Assembly: GCA_964187785.1 (NCBI GenBank)
Contig: OZ076409.1
Span: 93,684,001-93,748,000, forward strand
Reading direction: 5' to 3'
Source of the DNA: Amphiscolops sp. MND2022
Taxonomy: Eukaryota
Length of the DNA: 64,000 nucleotides
Every line of letters starts with the position of its first letter. Position 1 is the stretch's first letter. Made by a program: the position numbers and the translations under genes. This document shows, in pieces, positions 33,801 through 46,439 of the stretch. The notes beneath the pieces are model-generated. The model was not told the origin of the DNA, did not search any database, and was given only the letters and a program-made list of their open reading frames with translations.

Positions 33801-36800
33801 CTAAAGCGTGCTGCACTGTGATTGAAAACCACGAACGATATGTACGAGACGTGAACGTTTCTGGGTGGGACTGGTAGGAAAAAAGAAAAATACTAGTGAT
33901 TCAAAAGTTCACTTACATTTCTTGGTTTTCTCACTAAAAACATCACCTAAAACCAATTGTTTTCTAGCATTTACAAGTTACTGAATCATTACCCAGGTTT
34001 TCGATCTTTGCGAATCTGTGCAGATCTGCAGGACTTTTTCTGCAGGGTTCTGCAAAAATCGTTCCACTGAATCTTGAAGATCCATAAAGATCTGCAAGAT
34101 CTTTATAGAAGTGTGCAGATTTTCTTAAAGATTTTTGCAGAAACATGTTTTTCTGCAGCTTTTAAGGAACAAATATACTGCATTTTTGGACTTCTTCAAC
34201 TACTTTATCGAGTAGTTTAGCTGACCTAAGGTCAGTCAGTAGAAACTCTCCATCACTCAAAATTCATGAGAAGGAAATATTTTCCCCATCACGGTAGTTT
34301 TGGTGTCTGGGGAATATTTGGTATAGGTCATACACTAAATTATGTATTTCACTCGAACTTTCCAGAAGCGGTTGTTCAACTTTGAGAGGCTTCTTTGCCA
34401 TATTGACTTCGTTTTGGCAGATAAAACTTGACATGTGGCAACCTTCTGGGTTGGTCGATGTGTTGACAAAGTGTCGTTCTTGTAATATTACCGCAACATA
34501 GTTTGTTGGAGTATTTTTTAGTAATTGCTGTTAACTCGGAATACATTATAGTAATTTATTCGTCATTGTTTGGCTCTGTAAAGATCTGTAAAGATCTGTA
34601 ATCTCTACAGATCTTTACAGATTGCTACAGAAAAATGTTTTATCATTTTGACATAAATGAGACTTTTCTCCAGTTTTAAAATTTTTTATTATTCGTTTGA
34701 CATCGCTGTAAGGTTTTTATTGTTTCTGAGTACGTCAGTTTTTTTCGAATCTGCACATATCTGCAAAGATCCGCAAAAATTCTGCAGATCTGCACATATC
34801 TGCAAAGATCTGCAAAAATCCTGCAGATCTGCACAGATTCGCAAAGATCGAAAACCTGGGTATGTCAAAAGTTGACGGAAACAGCAATATATTCAGAAAC
34901 AATGCTTTTATTACCTTTCGGGGAATTTAGGCACTTTTAATTTCAGGAGTTTCTTTTCAAACGTAATTGAGATACCTTCGGAAATGTATATGCTATGACC
35001 CTGATACTTTCGCGGGTGAATTCTGTGGAAGAAATTTTATCCTTTGAGTTGAATTTAGGGACAGCTAAGTTCGGATCAAGCACGTCATGTGCAAGAAATT
35101 CCAATGAAATACGGGAGCGGAAAAAATCAATTTTTGACTTTTTGGGGAAATTTTATAAGAATTGTTGCAACTCATGAGAGGAGTACTGATGAAGTCAAGA
35201 ATAAAAGAAATTTTCAACTGTTCATGTACAAAAAAACATGCTCATTTTGCCAACGCACGATTCTGCCTATACGCATGCAAAAGCAAAATTTTCTTAGGTA
35301 CACAAGATTATGTGAGCATTCCACCGCGCGTTTTTTGAACTTGAAGGGTTGTAATATATTCACAATGAGTCAAAAACAATGTTCTTGAATACGTTGGTTG
35401 GAATTAAATTACTAATTTAGGCTTGAAGGTCTTGAGCAAAGAATTTTTTTCTCCACTACTTTTTGCCAATAGCTGCTAAAATCGCTCAAAGGTACTTCGT
35501 ACTTGGTGTAGCGGTTTACGCAGATTTTCAGGCCTGGTCACAGGGCCTGAGAAGCGGAAGTACGTCGTGCAAGTCCCGCATCAATCCCCAACTTTTTTAA
35601 CTTTTAGAGGTAAACTTTTTAGAGGTAAAGCAAAGACCAAAGAGTCCTCTCTTGCGCGACTGTTCTCAAGAAACCACGTACAGTATGTTGGGCTGAAGGA
35701 TGTTTTCAGTTAAGGAAAACCGTTTTTCGAGTTTCAGCTATTGTTCAGTAGTGTGAGTCTTCTTTTCAAATGCTCTTCAGCATATTCAAAGTACACTATC
35801 CGACCATAAAGTTTGACAGGGCCGACAAATTTATGCAAAAGACAAAAAATACATACTGAAATGTATAATGTTTATTTTTTCACCAATGAAACATCAATCT
35901 TGTTGTTGAATTTTATCTTTATCTGTCGCAAATGTGAAATAATTTAAAATGTACTGCCCTGTCAAACTTTATGGTCGGATAGTGTACTTTGGCCTATTTG
36001 AATTTTAGACGCTGCACCCACTAAGCCATTCCAGTGTTGTTTTCTATCGGTGAATTCCGTTCTTCAATCTTATCTCACTTTTTAGACGCTGTGACTTTTT
36101 TCAAGATATAAAGAAATAACATTTTTTGTTGCGATAATAGGGTATGTTTCCCTATTTTTGAGTTAGCATGAGATCTAAAGTGCGTCCATCGGGTGCCAAA
36201 GGACTTCATTCGATCCGTAAACAATTTACATTGATTTTTAGAACAAGACCCCCGCTGAGCAGCGAGATATTTTCCGCCCCAAACTGTTATTCAACTACAT
36301 AAATTTGAGGCTCAAGAATAGCCAATGCACTAAAAAACGCAAAGAAGTTCGAAGAAAAGAAAGCTTTGATTCATCTTAGCAATTTTAAAGGAAACATTTA
36401 ATTTATTATTTCTGCGATAGCTGGCCACTTTTCGTTTTTTTGGCACAACACGACTAACCGAGGAAAAGAGAAAACTTTCGATGAATTTTTTAAAATTAAT
36501 TTTCGAAAAACATTTTCCGCAATTTTTAGTTTTTGAGGTTTTCTGTAAAGGAAATAAATTTCCCAAGTCTTAAGGGTGACTTCTTTGTTTCGTTTTGATC
36601 ATATGGAACTGATGAGGTTTCTTATTGATTGTGGAAATTACCTCATTTCATTTTTTTTGGCTCTGTGCGTCTTCCCGAAACTTTCAATTGGTCAAAAGTA
36701 TCCCCTTGCTTTCAAAGCTGATTTCGACTTGAGAAAAGAAGTTTTGCCAGCTGAAACTCGTGTCGCCATCATTGAACTTTACCGGAAAAGAATGAAAAAT

Positions 36801-39800
36801 TGGATTTTTTGTGATTCCTGTTGAGGAAGAAGTGGTTTCTAAGTCTCAGGCGTATTTTTTCAGATAATTTTTGATTTTTGGCACTGAGAAAATGGTAAAA
36901 GCTTGAAACTGAGACCTTTGCAGTTTTAGGGAAGTTGAGTGATACCGGTTTGTTATTTTATCGCACATAGTTTTACGAGAAGGATCAAAAATTGAAAACA
37001 GTTTTGACAACATTGGGGTCGAATTGAAGAACTTTTCCAACAGAAATCTACAGACGTCTCTGTTTTGAATAATAAATATTAGACTACTAAGGGAGAAATT
37101 CACGCTTGCAAGTAAAGTTTCGAAAGTTGTGCAAACAAACTTGTCTGATATCTTTTCGAAACACTACCGGTAGCTACACGTTTCAATCCTGAGCCTATGA
37201 TATTTCCGATTAAGTAAATTTTCGGAAAGGGTCCAAAATTTGGACTCTGTTGTCGAGAATAACGAAAATTCGGTAACTTTGACACGTTTTTTGTAAACTC
37301 GATGAACTTCGTCCCACTTTATCCCCAATTGCGTTTTGAATGTCTTTTTGTTTCAACGCTCAGATCATTGGAAGTTCTATTCTTCATTATCTTTTGTGGT
37401 TTGAACAAAAATTGGGATTACTTTGTCATACAACGTTGTTGTATCATGGATTTTCGGGTGTTTTTGAGGTCAATTCCAACGAAAAAAAATGCAGTTATAT
37501 CTTCAAAAATGGCTGCTATAGATACCAGGATTAGTCAATGCTGAATTTTTTACAAACCATTTTATACAAGGCAAGAGCTCAAAAATGTACAAAAAACAGC
37601 CTAAAAATGTAAAAAACTTGAAAATTCTCAGTTTTTCCAATATTTGGGTCTTGCTGAGGAAACTTTTGACCATAATTGATGCAATTCTTCTGAAAACATG
37701 CTTCGGACCTAGTTTTATCATCTGGAGTTTTTCGAAGCTTTTGTTTTACCGAAATTCTCCTATCTCAAATGAAAATTCATTAGAAATAACAGAAATCGAA
37801 AAACTTTATTCAACATTTTCGACTTTTTGCGGTAAGTTTTGAGCCATTTTCCAACTGAAGTCTGCCAACTGAAGTCTGGAGTCAGTCTGTAGTTTATTTG
37901 AAGCAAAACGTTGCAACGTTCACTTCAACAAATGTAATGCATAGCTAGCTCGTGCAGTCATTGCTGAGTTGATTGTATTGGAACTTAGAACGAAATTCCT
38001 CGGAAATTATACCAAAACTGCATCGAAAACGACCAAAACTTACGATTTTTTGACAATTCTGGGTCAGTTCGAGGCATATTTCTTTTACAATTTCAACTTA
38101 TCTCGTGACGAAAGCTCATCGAAACAACAAATTTGCACATGCCTTAGACGTTGTAACAGTTTAGTCTACGGAATCTATCGATATTTTGACAAAAAAAAAG
38201 AACAGAAATGGTGAAGTCGGAAAACTTTCGAAATTTTGTCTTTTCCGATGTCAATTCCGGACAATTTTTGTTTGAAAAACTGCATTTATCTCTTTTCTGA
38301 ACATACTATACTGGACAACACATTTTTTCCTTGTTGACACGTTTCAATGTTACAATTGACGAAGTCGGTCGAAAATTTGGGAAAAAATGCACAAAATCAT
38401 TGAAAATTGAAAAACTTTGTTTTTGTTTGTTAGCTTCGGTGTCAATTTGAGACCTTTTGATTCAGAACATTGCAACTATCTCTTCATGAAAAACTACTGG
38501 ACAACCAAACCGTTCCTTGTTAACCCTTCAAAACATTCCAATCCACAAAGTTTGTCGAAACTTTAACAAAAATGCATACTTGAAATCGGAAAATATTGGA
38601 CTTTTTGTCCATGTCGGTGTCAATTTGAGAAATTTTCACTTCAAAAACTGCAATAAACTGCTCTGAAAAGATTATTCGGCAACACATCTTTTCCTTGAGG
38701 ACCGTTTCTACCGGTGCAATTGACGAAGTCTGTCGAAACCTTGGAAAAAATGCATACAACTTTTGAAAATTGGAAAATTTTGGGAGTTTTGTCATTTCCG
38801 GTGTCAATCTGAGACATTTTCATTCAAAACATTGCAAATATCTTTTCACAAGAGATTACTGGACAATCAACGATTGCCTTGTTGGCCCTTTAAAATATTC
38901 CAATCCACGAAGTCTGTCGAAACTTCAAGAAAAAATGCATTAAAAAATTGAAAATTGGAAAATTTTGGTTTTTTTTGTCGTTTTCCGATTCAATTTGAGA
39001 TCTTTTCACTTAGTAAACAGCATTAAACTCTTCGGAAAAGCCTACTGAACAACACATTCTCTACTTGTTGACCCTTTCCAACGTTCCAATCCACAAAGTG
39101 CGCCAAAAAATTGGGGAAAAAGTGCGTAAAAACTTTGAAAACCGGATTTTTGTCATTTTCGGTGTCAATTTGAGATCTTTTTCTTCTGAAAAACAGCAAT
39201 TATCTCTTCATAGAAAACTATTGAACAACGAGTTTGTGCCTTGTTGATCGTTTTCAAGATTCTAATTTACGATTTATATCAAAAATTTGACAAAAACTGC
39301 CTTGAGACGTAAAAAATTGGAAATTTTCTCTTTTTTGGGTTCATTTTTGGGTCATTCTGAGGTCCTCTGGGTCAACTAACAAAAGTCCAGAAATCTCCAC
39401 AAATTCAAATCGCACGAAGCTAAATTTATGTGAGTTGAATTCTATGGGTAGCACCCTTAAAGTTAAATATAAATTTGGTGCTTGGCAAATTTTGTAAAAA
39501 AAAAACCCGTTCGATTTAAATATTTTCCTTTCCCATGTGAAATATGGGCGGAAAATAACGAATGGAACCGAAAGATCCCCACTTTGTTGTTTTTCGGCCC
39601 TGTGCAACTTTTAAGGAAAGAAATGATTTTCACCTTGTTTTGATTCATTGGTCTACCTGTTGGGTTTTTGATGTCTTCAAAAAACGCTTTCTTCTTGCCT
39701 TAAGGGTAATTTTTTTGGAATTTCGGCTCTGTGTGACGTTTTTGAAGTTAATATCTTTCCGCCAAACTGTCTTGCATTCAAATTTTGCTGCTTTCTGTGT

Positions 39801-40720
39801 GAAAATAATCTTTTTAAACCTAAAAACGAAACTTTTTGAATACTTCCAACATTGTACGCCGAATTAAAAATTGTGTTCAACAATAAGTCCTCTTTTTGGC
39901 AGATGTTTTAAACTATTCCTTGGTAAACTTCGCTATCTTTTCAAATTGAAATAATTTAGATCGGCTTTCTGATATAAGGCCTATCATTATGAAAAATGTG
40001 CTATAACTGATTTGACGACATTATATCCGAAGTGTTTTGAAGTGGAACCCGACCCGTTTTAAGTATTGCCAGAAAGACTGATGCGTTCAACTCTGACAAT
40101 GAAAAACGTCCCAATTCAATTTTTCAACATCACATTCGCATCATTTTACGTATGCCACGATCAGTGTGTGGTTCGACTCTGCTAAGGGTGAAACTTTGTA
40201 ATTTGCAATTTGACCTTTTAAATTATTGCTTCCTGTCATAACAACAAAAAATGAGCTTCCTCCAAATAATGAACGCTTTTCCGACTATGTTGAAATTTGC
40301 GAAATTTTCCATATCAAAATATCTCGTTGCATTTTGTCAATCAAATTGTGGCCTAAAGTGTCTGTTTCTCTCGAAAGACATCTTGACAGAATATACGAAA
40401 AATGTTGCAGTGTCACTGGGTCTCTTTTTCTTTCAGAAAAGCTTCAGGGAGCTACCCCGCTAATTTCCGTCAAAAGCGGATGTTCACGGAAATTGTGACT
40501 GCTTGAAAAAAGCTCATTGTTGATGATGATTTTTTCTCAATTTTTAAGGTTCACGAAACATTCTGGGCTGCAGCCTGGGGCGAACACTGGCAAGACAATA
40601 CTGGACGACTCGCCCTCCGAACCAGTTTTGCAGAGACTCAGAGTCCGCTGGACACAGTCCAAATCTTTTTCCGGGTCGTACAAAGACACGAACATCAGCA
40701 TCTCTAAATCGGTCGTGTGA
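24840..40720 (+). CDS. Host class A (rhodopsin-like) peptide GPCR, TM3 to C-terminus; vasopressin/GnRH-type superfamily likely. Exons 24840-24910, 25599-25737, 26715-26831, 30405-30599, 33041-33186, 40549-40720
   Basis: Spliced translation gives SMTLDR|YFAIVKP (DRY), WLAACIISIPQF (TM4), FVLPLTMSSYCYTK (TM5), KMTICVIVSYFVCWAPYF (TM6), YLNSICNPVIYGFF (TM7 NPxxY); intron phases are consistent; the last exon is assigned on phase match only; N-terminal exons not found. Confidence 0.85.
25916..26447 (+). mobile_element. HINE/DINE-1-like copy, degenerate, in a GPCR intron
   Basis: TTTTTAGTCGGCG start, family body, ends near CTATTTTTGAGCCTT. Confidence 0.55.
27057..30065. mobile_element. TIR element (MITE-like) interrupted by a solo LTR
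   Basis: CTATCCCATTTCCA (27057) versus TGGAAATGGTATAG (ending 30065); subterminal ATTTTCAT/ATGAAA repeats on both arms. Confidence 0.55.
27950..30012 (+). mobile_element. Solo LTR of a diverged sister family of the main Gypsy element
   Basis: TG start and CA end, about 2.06 kb; colinear with the main LTR at the 5' end, in block 29151-29400 and in the gag stub MQEKTQKRKLR...RDFEDITNKVENRMSKRLRDTE; exact 3' end and TSD uncertain. Confidence 0.85.
30673..30740 (-). other. tRNA-derived sequence (SINE head or pseudo-tRNA)
   Basis: Minus strand has A-box TGGCTCAATTGG and B-box GGTTCGAACCC; anticodon and acceptor stems do not pair cleanly. Confidence 0.55.
32188..32747. mobile_element. MITE related to 530-1081, opposite orientation
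   Basis: CCCTAGTCGGGATTGCTTGAACTTTTT ... AAAAAGTACAAGCAGTTCCAACCAGGG. Confidence 0.55.
33228..33545. mobile_element. MITE with internal CCATGCATGG-type tandem repeats
   Basis: TIR CCCGGATCCAAATTCATAAG / CTTATGAATTTGGATCCGGG flanked by TA. Confidence 0.85.
33992..34860. mobile_element. MITE with ~40-bp TIRs
   Basis: CCCAGGTTTTCGATCTTTGCGAATCTGTGCAGATCTGCAGGA and its reverse complement ending at 34860; TA on both sides. Confidence 0.85.
35794..35984. mobile_element. Tc1/mariner-type MITE (191 bp)
   Basis: Perfect TIR CACTATCCGACCATAAAGTTTGACAGGGC; TA TSD. Confidence 0.85.
38210..39340. repeat. Degenerate tandem array, about six ~180-bp units
   Basis: GTGTCAATTTGAGA-like anchor recurs near 38249, 38439, 38617, 38801, 38989 and 39162. 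Confidence 0.75.
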
Positions 40721-40893
40721 AAGTTGTCAAAAAAGTTCAATCACATTGCTTTCAGCTACCAATTGGACCCGAAATAATCACATCAAATTTGAGAAACGCA
40801 AACAGTAGTTTTGAAAGAGGAGCGGCATTTTACAGTTTGCCAAAGGTAGTGTATCTATAAACGAGAAATTCAGAGGCGGAAAAGGAGCGGAGA

Positions 40894-41364
40894 TGGACCA
40901 TGTGTTCAATTCCCCCCCCCAAACTGCGGCGGGGGGAAATAAGACAGAAGGTTCAAATACCATTATGTCGACATATTTTGCGTTGAAATTTTGGTCCAAT
41001 ATAATAAATGATGTAGACATAATCCTATCCATTACATTGACTGTCATTTAAAAGTTGCTCATTTGATTTAATAGCGGAAAAATTTGCGCTGAAATAGGGG
41101 CTTTTTTATACGATTTTAGCTTGCTCCAAACGTAAATTTCTGCTATTTTGGACAATAATATCAGAAAATTGTGGTTTTTTTAACCTGAAGTGTCCAAACA
41201 GTTGTAGAGACAATCCTCTAAGTATATACATTGATATAATATTCTCTTACTCGTGAAATATTTTTATTCAAGAACAAAATGTGCTTTCGTGTTGCGGGGG
41301 GGGGGATGAATTCGCAACAAGGTGTACCTGGGGGGGGGGGGGGGGGGAATTGAACACATGGACC
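40894..41364. mobile_element. MITE with poly-C/poly-G-containing TIRs
   Basis: GGACCATGTGTTCAATTCCCCCCCC ... GGGGGGGGAATTGAACACATGGACC. Confidence 0.65.
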
Positions 41365-43728
41365 GCGGAGATTAAAGAACACGAAGGAGGATTCAGATCT
41401 TCGAATATCTGAAAATTGATGCATTCTCACTATTATCAGTTTTTTGCTCATACTTAAGCTATTCAAATTCCCGGATCGTGTGCTACATTCAATGCCATGC
41501 AAATCCATGCATAGATACATATGGCACGGTAATTAAACGCCAGCTTTTTTTCTGGCAAATAATCGTGCCAACTTTTCTGACAAATGTTCCTGCCAAGTTT
41601 ATGCATCAGCTTCGAAAATTTAGGCATAAAAATCATTGATGTTTCTTTAAAAAGATATAGTTTATAGTTTATACTTACTTGAATTCACTTGAGGGGCATT
41701 TCAATTGTCGCAAAGTTAAAAGCTTTTGATTGATTCGAGTTATCATGAATGATTTGAGACTTCAAATTTTCTAATAGCAAGACTTCTCAAAATTTTCAAT
41801 AAAAGTGAAAATTGTGTGAAAACTGAAGTTCTTAACTAGCGACTGACTTCATAATGGGAAATTTAAAAAATACTTATTACCATTTTTTGTAAGAATTGAA
41901 ATGCTGCAATAATACATCTACATGTGAATAGTTGAAAAAATAGTGCTGTTGTTGTGTTTAAATTAAGTTTATTATTTTGATGCGTTTCAGTAGTTTCAGT
42001 TTTTTAAGCTTGGAACCTCGCCCTAGAACTTTCACTTTTTCCCAATTGATATCAATTCAGGTAAGTTCCCAATCAGTGTTGTTATTCTAGAATGATGAAA
42101 CTACTCTGGCTAATTTCTTATAAAAATCTTGAAAGGAAAATGTTCATTTAAAAAATATCGCACTTTCTTTTGAGTCTCAAAATGATTTTCAGAAAATTCT
42201 AACTCTTACCTTCGTAAAACCCACACATCATGAAAAAAAAACTAATCTTTCTTTTCTCGGCAAAAACCAAATTAGGTTACCATTTAATTTCAAAGCATAC
42301 TTGAAGTCAAACATTCAATAGTTTGAAGAAAAAGTTTTTGAGTGAAATAGGGATTCTGAAGTTAGCGATTTAGCGATTAGTGAAAAAATTTAGCGATATC
42401 AAAACCCCTTTTCAACCCTTTTTTACCAATTTCAAAAAAAAATTCACCTCAATTACGTCAGCAATGAATTGGAATCAAAAAGTGTCGGCAAGCATTAACA
42501 ATTCATATCTAAATGGATTGAAAATCTGGAAAAACCTTAAAACCATGGAATATGAATGCGAATGACGTCATTGAGGAATCGTTTGAATGGTGCATTGTTG
42601 ATGGGCAGTCTCTTTCCCCAATGATACTTTCTCAGAAATACTCAACTCCATTATTCCTTACTGCACAGAGCTTCAAATATCCACGAAAGAAAATAATACT
42701 GTCTTTCATATTCATCCCTTCTCAATATGACAATACTTCCCATTACATCTGTTTTGCGCAGTTTTTTAATAGGATATAGATAAAATTCCTTGAAGGGGGA
42801 ATTTGAAACCATAATTGTATTGAATATCATAAACTTTATCATAATGACCTGATTATGTAACTACCACCCGCAGTTTGTCCAATTAGAGTAGTTTTCGTAG
42901 AGTAGTTTTAATGGAAAACTAGATTTTTATGTCATACTGGGATTTCCGACATTGTCAGCAAACAGTGTGGATTAAAAGTTCCATTTGCAGTTTCGTATTT
43001 CAGATGAAAAATTATGAAGTAAAATTGAACCGTGAAGTTTTTCGTGATTTTTTTCTTGATGTTTTTATAATAAAATGATCAAATTGATAGAAGTTTTGTT
43101 CAATTTTTTAGTGAATTTGGTTCAAGGATTCAGATACAGCTTGCGAGCCAGTATCCCTATGAAGATTTGTGTCTACGAGATTCAATCGTTTTCCTCGATT
43201 TATAAAACTATTTCTTTCCAGCTACAGAGAAATTTCAAACTACCTGCAAAAATCAAAGATGAGAATTTGCGCGGGCCAATTTACATGTGACTACATCTTG
43301 CCTTATTGGCTTCCGGAATCCAAAGAAAGCGTTCTTCAGATTCTAGAAACAAATTAGGCAAGATGATCATCACAGATTGGACTTGCATTGTCTCCAGCAT
43401 CAAAACATTTTCAAAGTTTTCGACGAAATTCTCCCCAAGAAACAACAAAAAGCAACATTTTCTGCTAATATGAGTTAGTGAACAGGGGGGGGGAATCTGT
43501 AAGTCATTGGCAATTTCTTGAACAGAATAAGATTTTACCAAAAGAACTTGCCAAAAAAATTTATTAAAAAATGCAAAGCAATCGTCGAAACTATTTGACG
43601 TTTTTCGCGTCTGACTGTCGAAAATGTTTTGACCGAATATATAAAATCCTGAGAAGTTACAAGAACAAGATGAGCAGTGACACTGCAAAAGTTTTTGCTC
43701 ACTGCCAAAAGATGCAACACATTCAAAT

Positions 43729-44580
43729 CCCTGGGTGAAGTTAAATGCAAATCTTTAAAGATTCTTGCCAATTTCTTGCATTTGATGGCTATCTTGCAAG
43801 ATTGGGGACCTAAATTCAAATCTTGCAAGATTTTTCAGTTGTATACAAATCTTACAAGATATCTTACAAGATTCTTGAAAGAAAAACATTTTTTGCAAGA
43901 TTTATGAAAAAAAATCTAAATTTGAAAAATTCGAAGTTTGGGCGCGGCCATTTCATCATTTTTGCTTGTCATCATTTTCGGATAGCCAAAACATGGTATT
44001 CTTGCAAGCTTCTTGCAACTCGATGCCAGTCTTGCAAGAATCTTGCAAGACAATGCAAATCTTGCAAGACAACAAATGAGTTATGATAACGTAGTCAACA
44101 GCTTCACCAATTGTCAAAAAATATATTTTCTCTTGTTTTTGCGTTTTTTCCAAAACATTTACGCCTATCATCAATTTAGGTTCGTTCGGCCTAATTTCAA
44201 AGTCTCCATCGTGTACATGATAGAGGGTCATTTGTTTTCCAATGTACTACATCAAAACTGAGTTTCAAATGTCGGTTTTTTATTTCAAATTTTTCTAGAG
44301 TTTGCATTTTTGGGTCCTTCACAATTTAAGAAGTGAGACTCTGGCTGTATCTATCGTGGAGAGTGTCTTCATAAATCGGATCCCTTAATTCCATGAAAAC
44401 TTTTGATTTGAAAATTCAATTCTTTCAAGATTCTTTGAGAAAATGTATATCTTGCAAGATTATCATTGAAAAAATGTATATCTTGAAAGATTCTTGCAAG
44501 ATTTCTTCAAGAAAAATGCATTTTCTTTAAAGATAAAAATGTAAGAATCTTGCAAGATAAGCATTTTTTTTGAACTAGGG
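43729..44580. mobile_element. MITE-like element rich in the TCTTGCAAGA palindrome
   Basis: CCCTGG...CTAGGG termini; many TCTTGCAAGA copies. Confidence 0.5.
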
Positions 44581-45172
44581 ATATCAATTGCTTGCAAAAA
44601 AAGTGACAGAATAATTTTGCAATACCTCTTCAGATCTCAAAAAAAACATTCATATAGGGTTCCGAAATCGCAATTTAATATCAAATATTTGCATTGCTTT
44701 CTTTTTGCCAAAACATAAAATGAAAACACGTGGTTAAGTTGATTTATAATGATTCAACGTGGGAACAAAACGGCACGGTTCGAGCCCCAAGCTCAAAAAA
44801 AGCAGCAGTCTTGTACACGTATACATGTTCAAGCTTCTTTAGTGAGAAAACTGTGATTAATCTCAAAGCACAGAATTAAGACAGAAAAAACCTTGATATT
44901 CGAAAAAAAAGAGTGAACTTAAGTGAGCTCTGTCAATAGCCAAAAGAATCCCATGAATCGCTGGGCCAAGTGTAAACCACTTTCCAGCACTCAACCAAAG
45001 CTCCCAGAAAAAATCGCCTTCTAAAACGAGGTTTTTTGTTTCTTGAGGAAACGAAATATAGTAAAAAAACAAATGCGATCATCGAAGTACAGTTTCTATT
45101 TCATTTGGTACATGCTAGAAGTCTGACAAAATAAGAACCTTACTCTGTGTATTGACTCGAGTCAGAGAGTCG

Positions 45173-45274
45173 AGTTTAGAGATAGATTTCGCTGCATAAA
45201 GTAGATCTTCTATACAGTGCAGATCTGCACTGTATAGAAGATCTACTTTATGCAGCGAAATCTATCTCTAAACT
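45173..45274. repeat. Perfect 102-bp palindrome with no spacer
   Basis: 51-bp arms exactly complementary around AGA|TCT (45223/45224). Confidence 0.95.
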
Positions 45275-46439
45275 AAATTAGAGACCAACAAACCGATCTT
45301 CAACAGACGGTACTTCATGATTTTACCGAGACTGGACTGATGAGGGTCAAAGTTTAAATGATTTCATTCACAGTCTATTCTACATTCTCATCTTTCATAA
45401 TACGCAGCGTACGCGTAACGCGTAACAATTTTGCAGAAAAACTTTCAGCACTCGATCCTTTGTTAGGTCCTACCGAGCATATTTTGAATTTCCGTTTTTT
45501 CTCGTAGTGTAAGTGCAATTGATTTTCCCAGTCTGGAAAAACTTGTTCGTTTCTGTCCCTAATTCTTATGGAAAAGAAAAACAATTAAACGGTTTTTTGT
45601 TTACGAAATTTGCCAAGCACCAAATTTATATTCAAAGCTAAAATTAGTATCATGCGGTAAATATTTGTAGGGATGTTTGGACTTTTTGGTCGACGCCAAA
45701 GACCCCAGAATGATCCAAAAATGACCGCAAAAACAGTAAAATCTGCAAATTTTCCGACTTTTACCGTTTTTATGGAATTTTTGTCAAATTTTCGATAGAT
45801 TTCGTTGCTTAGAATGTTGAAAACGTTCACAAAAGAAAAGTTAAGTTGACCAAAAAGATTTTTCGAAGAAGTAAATGCAATTTCGAATGAAAAAAGGCCT
45901 CAAATCTAGACCGAAAGTTTTTTCGATGGAGAAATGACTTTGAAATCATTATGGTTACCATGTATATCAATTTTAATCAATAAATATTTATTACATCGTT
46001 ACAAATCGATAAACATATTTATTAAATCACGAACATAAATTCTAACAAATGTTTAATTTACAATTTTTTTAGATCACAGGGTTCATTTTACTTTTGTTCG
46101 ACTGGTAGTTTTAAATGCATTTGATATGCAGACTGAAGAGAAAAGCACACAACACGTGTTACTTTCCAAAGCGTTCACGTTTTGACTTTCGGTTCAGTTG
46201 TGATTTGCAGGGTCATTTTGATTTTGCATGTGCACTTCAACACAGTGTTCCAGACAGGATTGGGTTGTTGAGAAGAGTGCCAGGCCAGAAGTTTACCACA
46301 ATCCTAAATGGGTTGATACTACGGCTAAATTGGGCAAATTAGACGGAAAATCAATTCACGGATTCCCTTTCTACCTCAACGGGGCAGAGAGGTGTCTTCG
46401 CAAGAGGACTCTCCTCACTGATATTGTTGCGTAAACATT

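Noticed and set aside
32942..33804. 173-aa and 178-aa ORFs with repeated MHG/WNHM words
   Set aside because: Translations of the tandemly repeated MITE at 33228-33545
35531..35560. Extra GPCR C-terminal exon after TTTTCAG
   Set aside because: Hits a stop in the phase required by the preceding exon
38210..39340. CRISPR-like array
   Set aside because: Eukaryotic context; whole units are homologous, with no constant repeat and unique spacer
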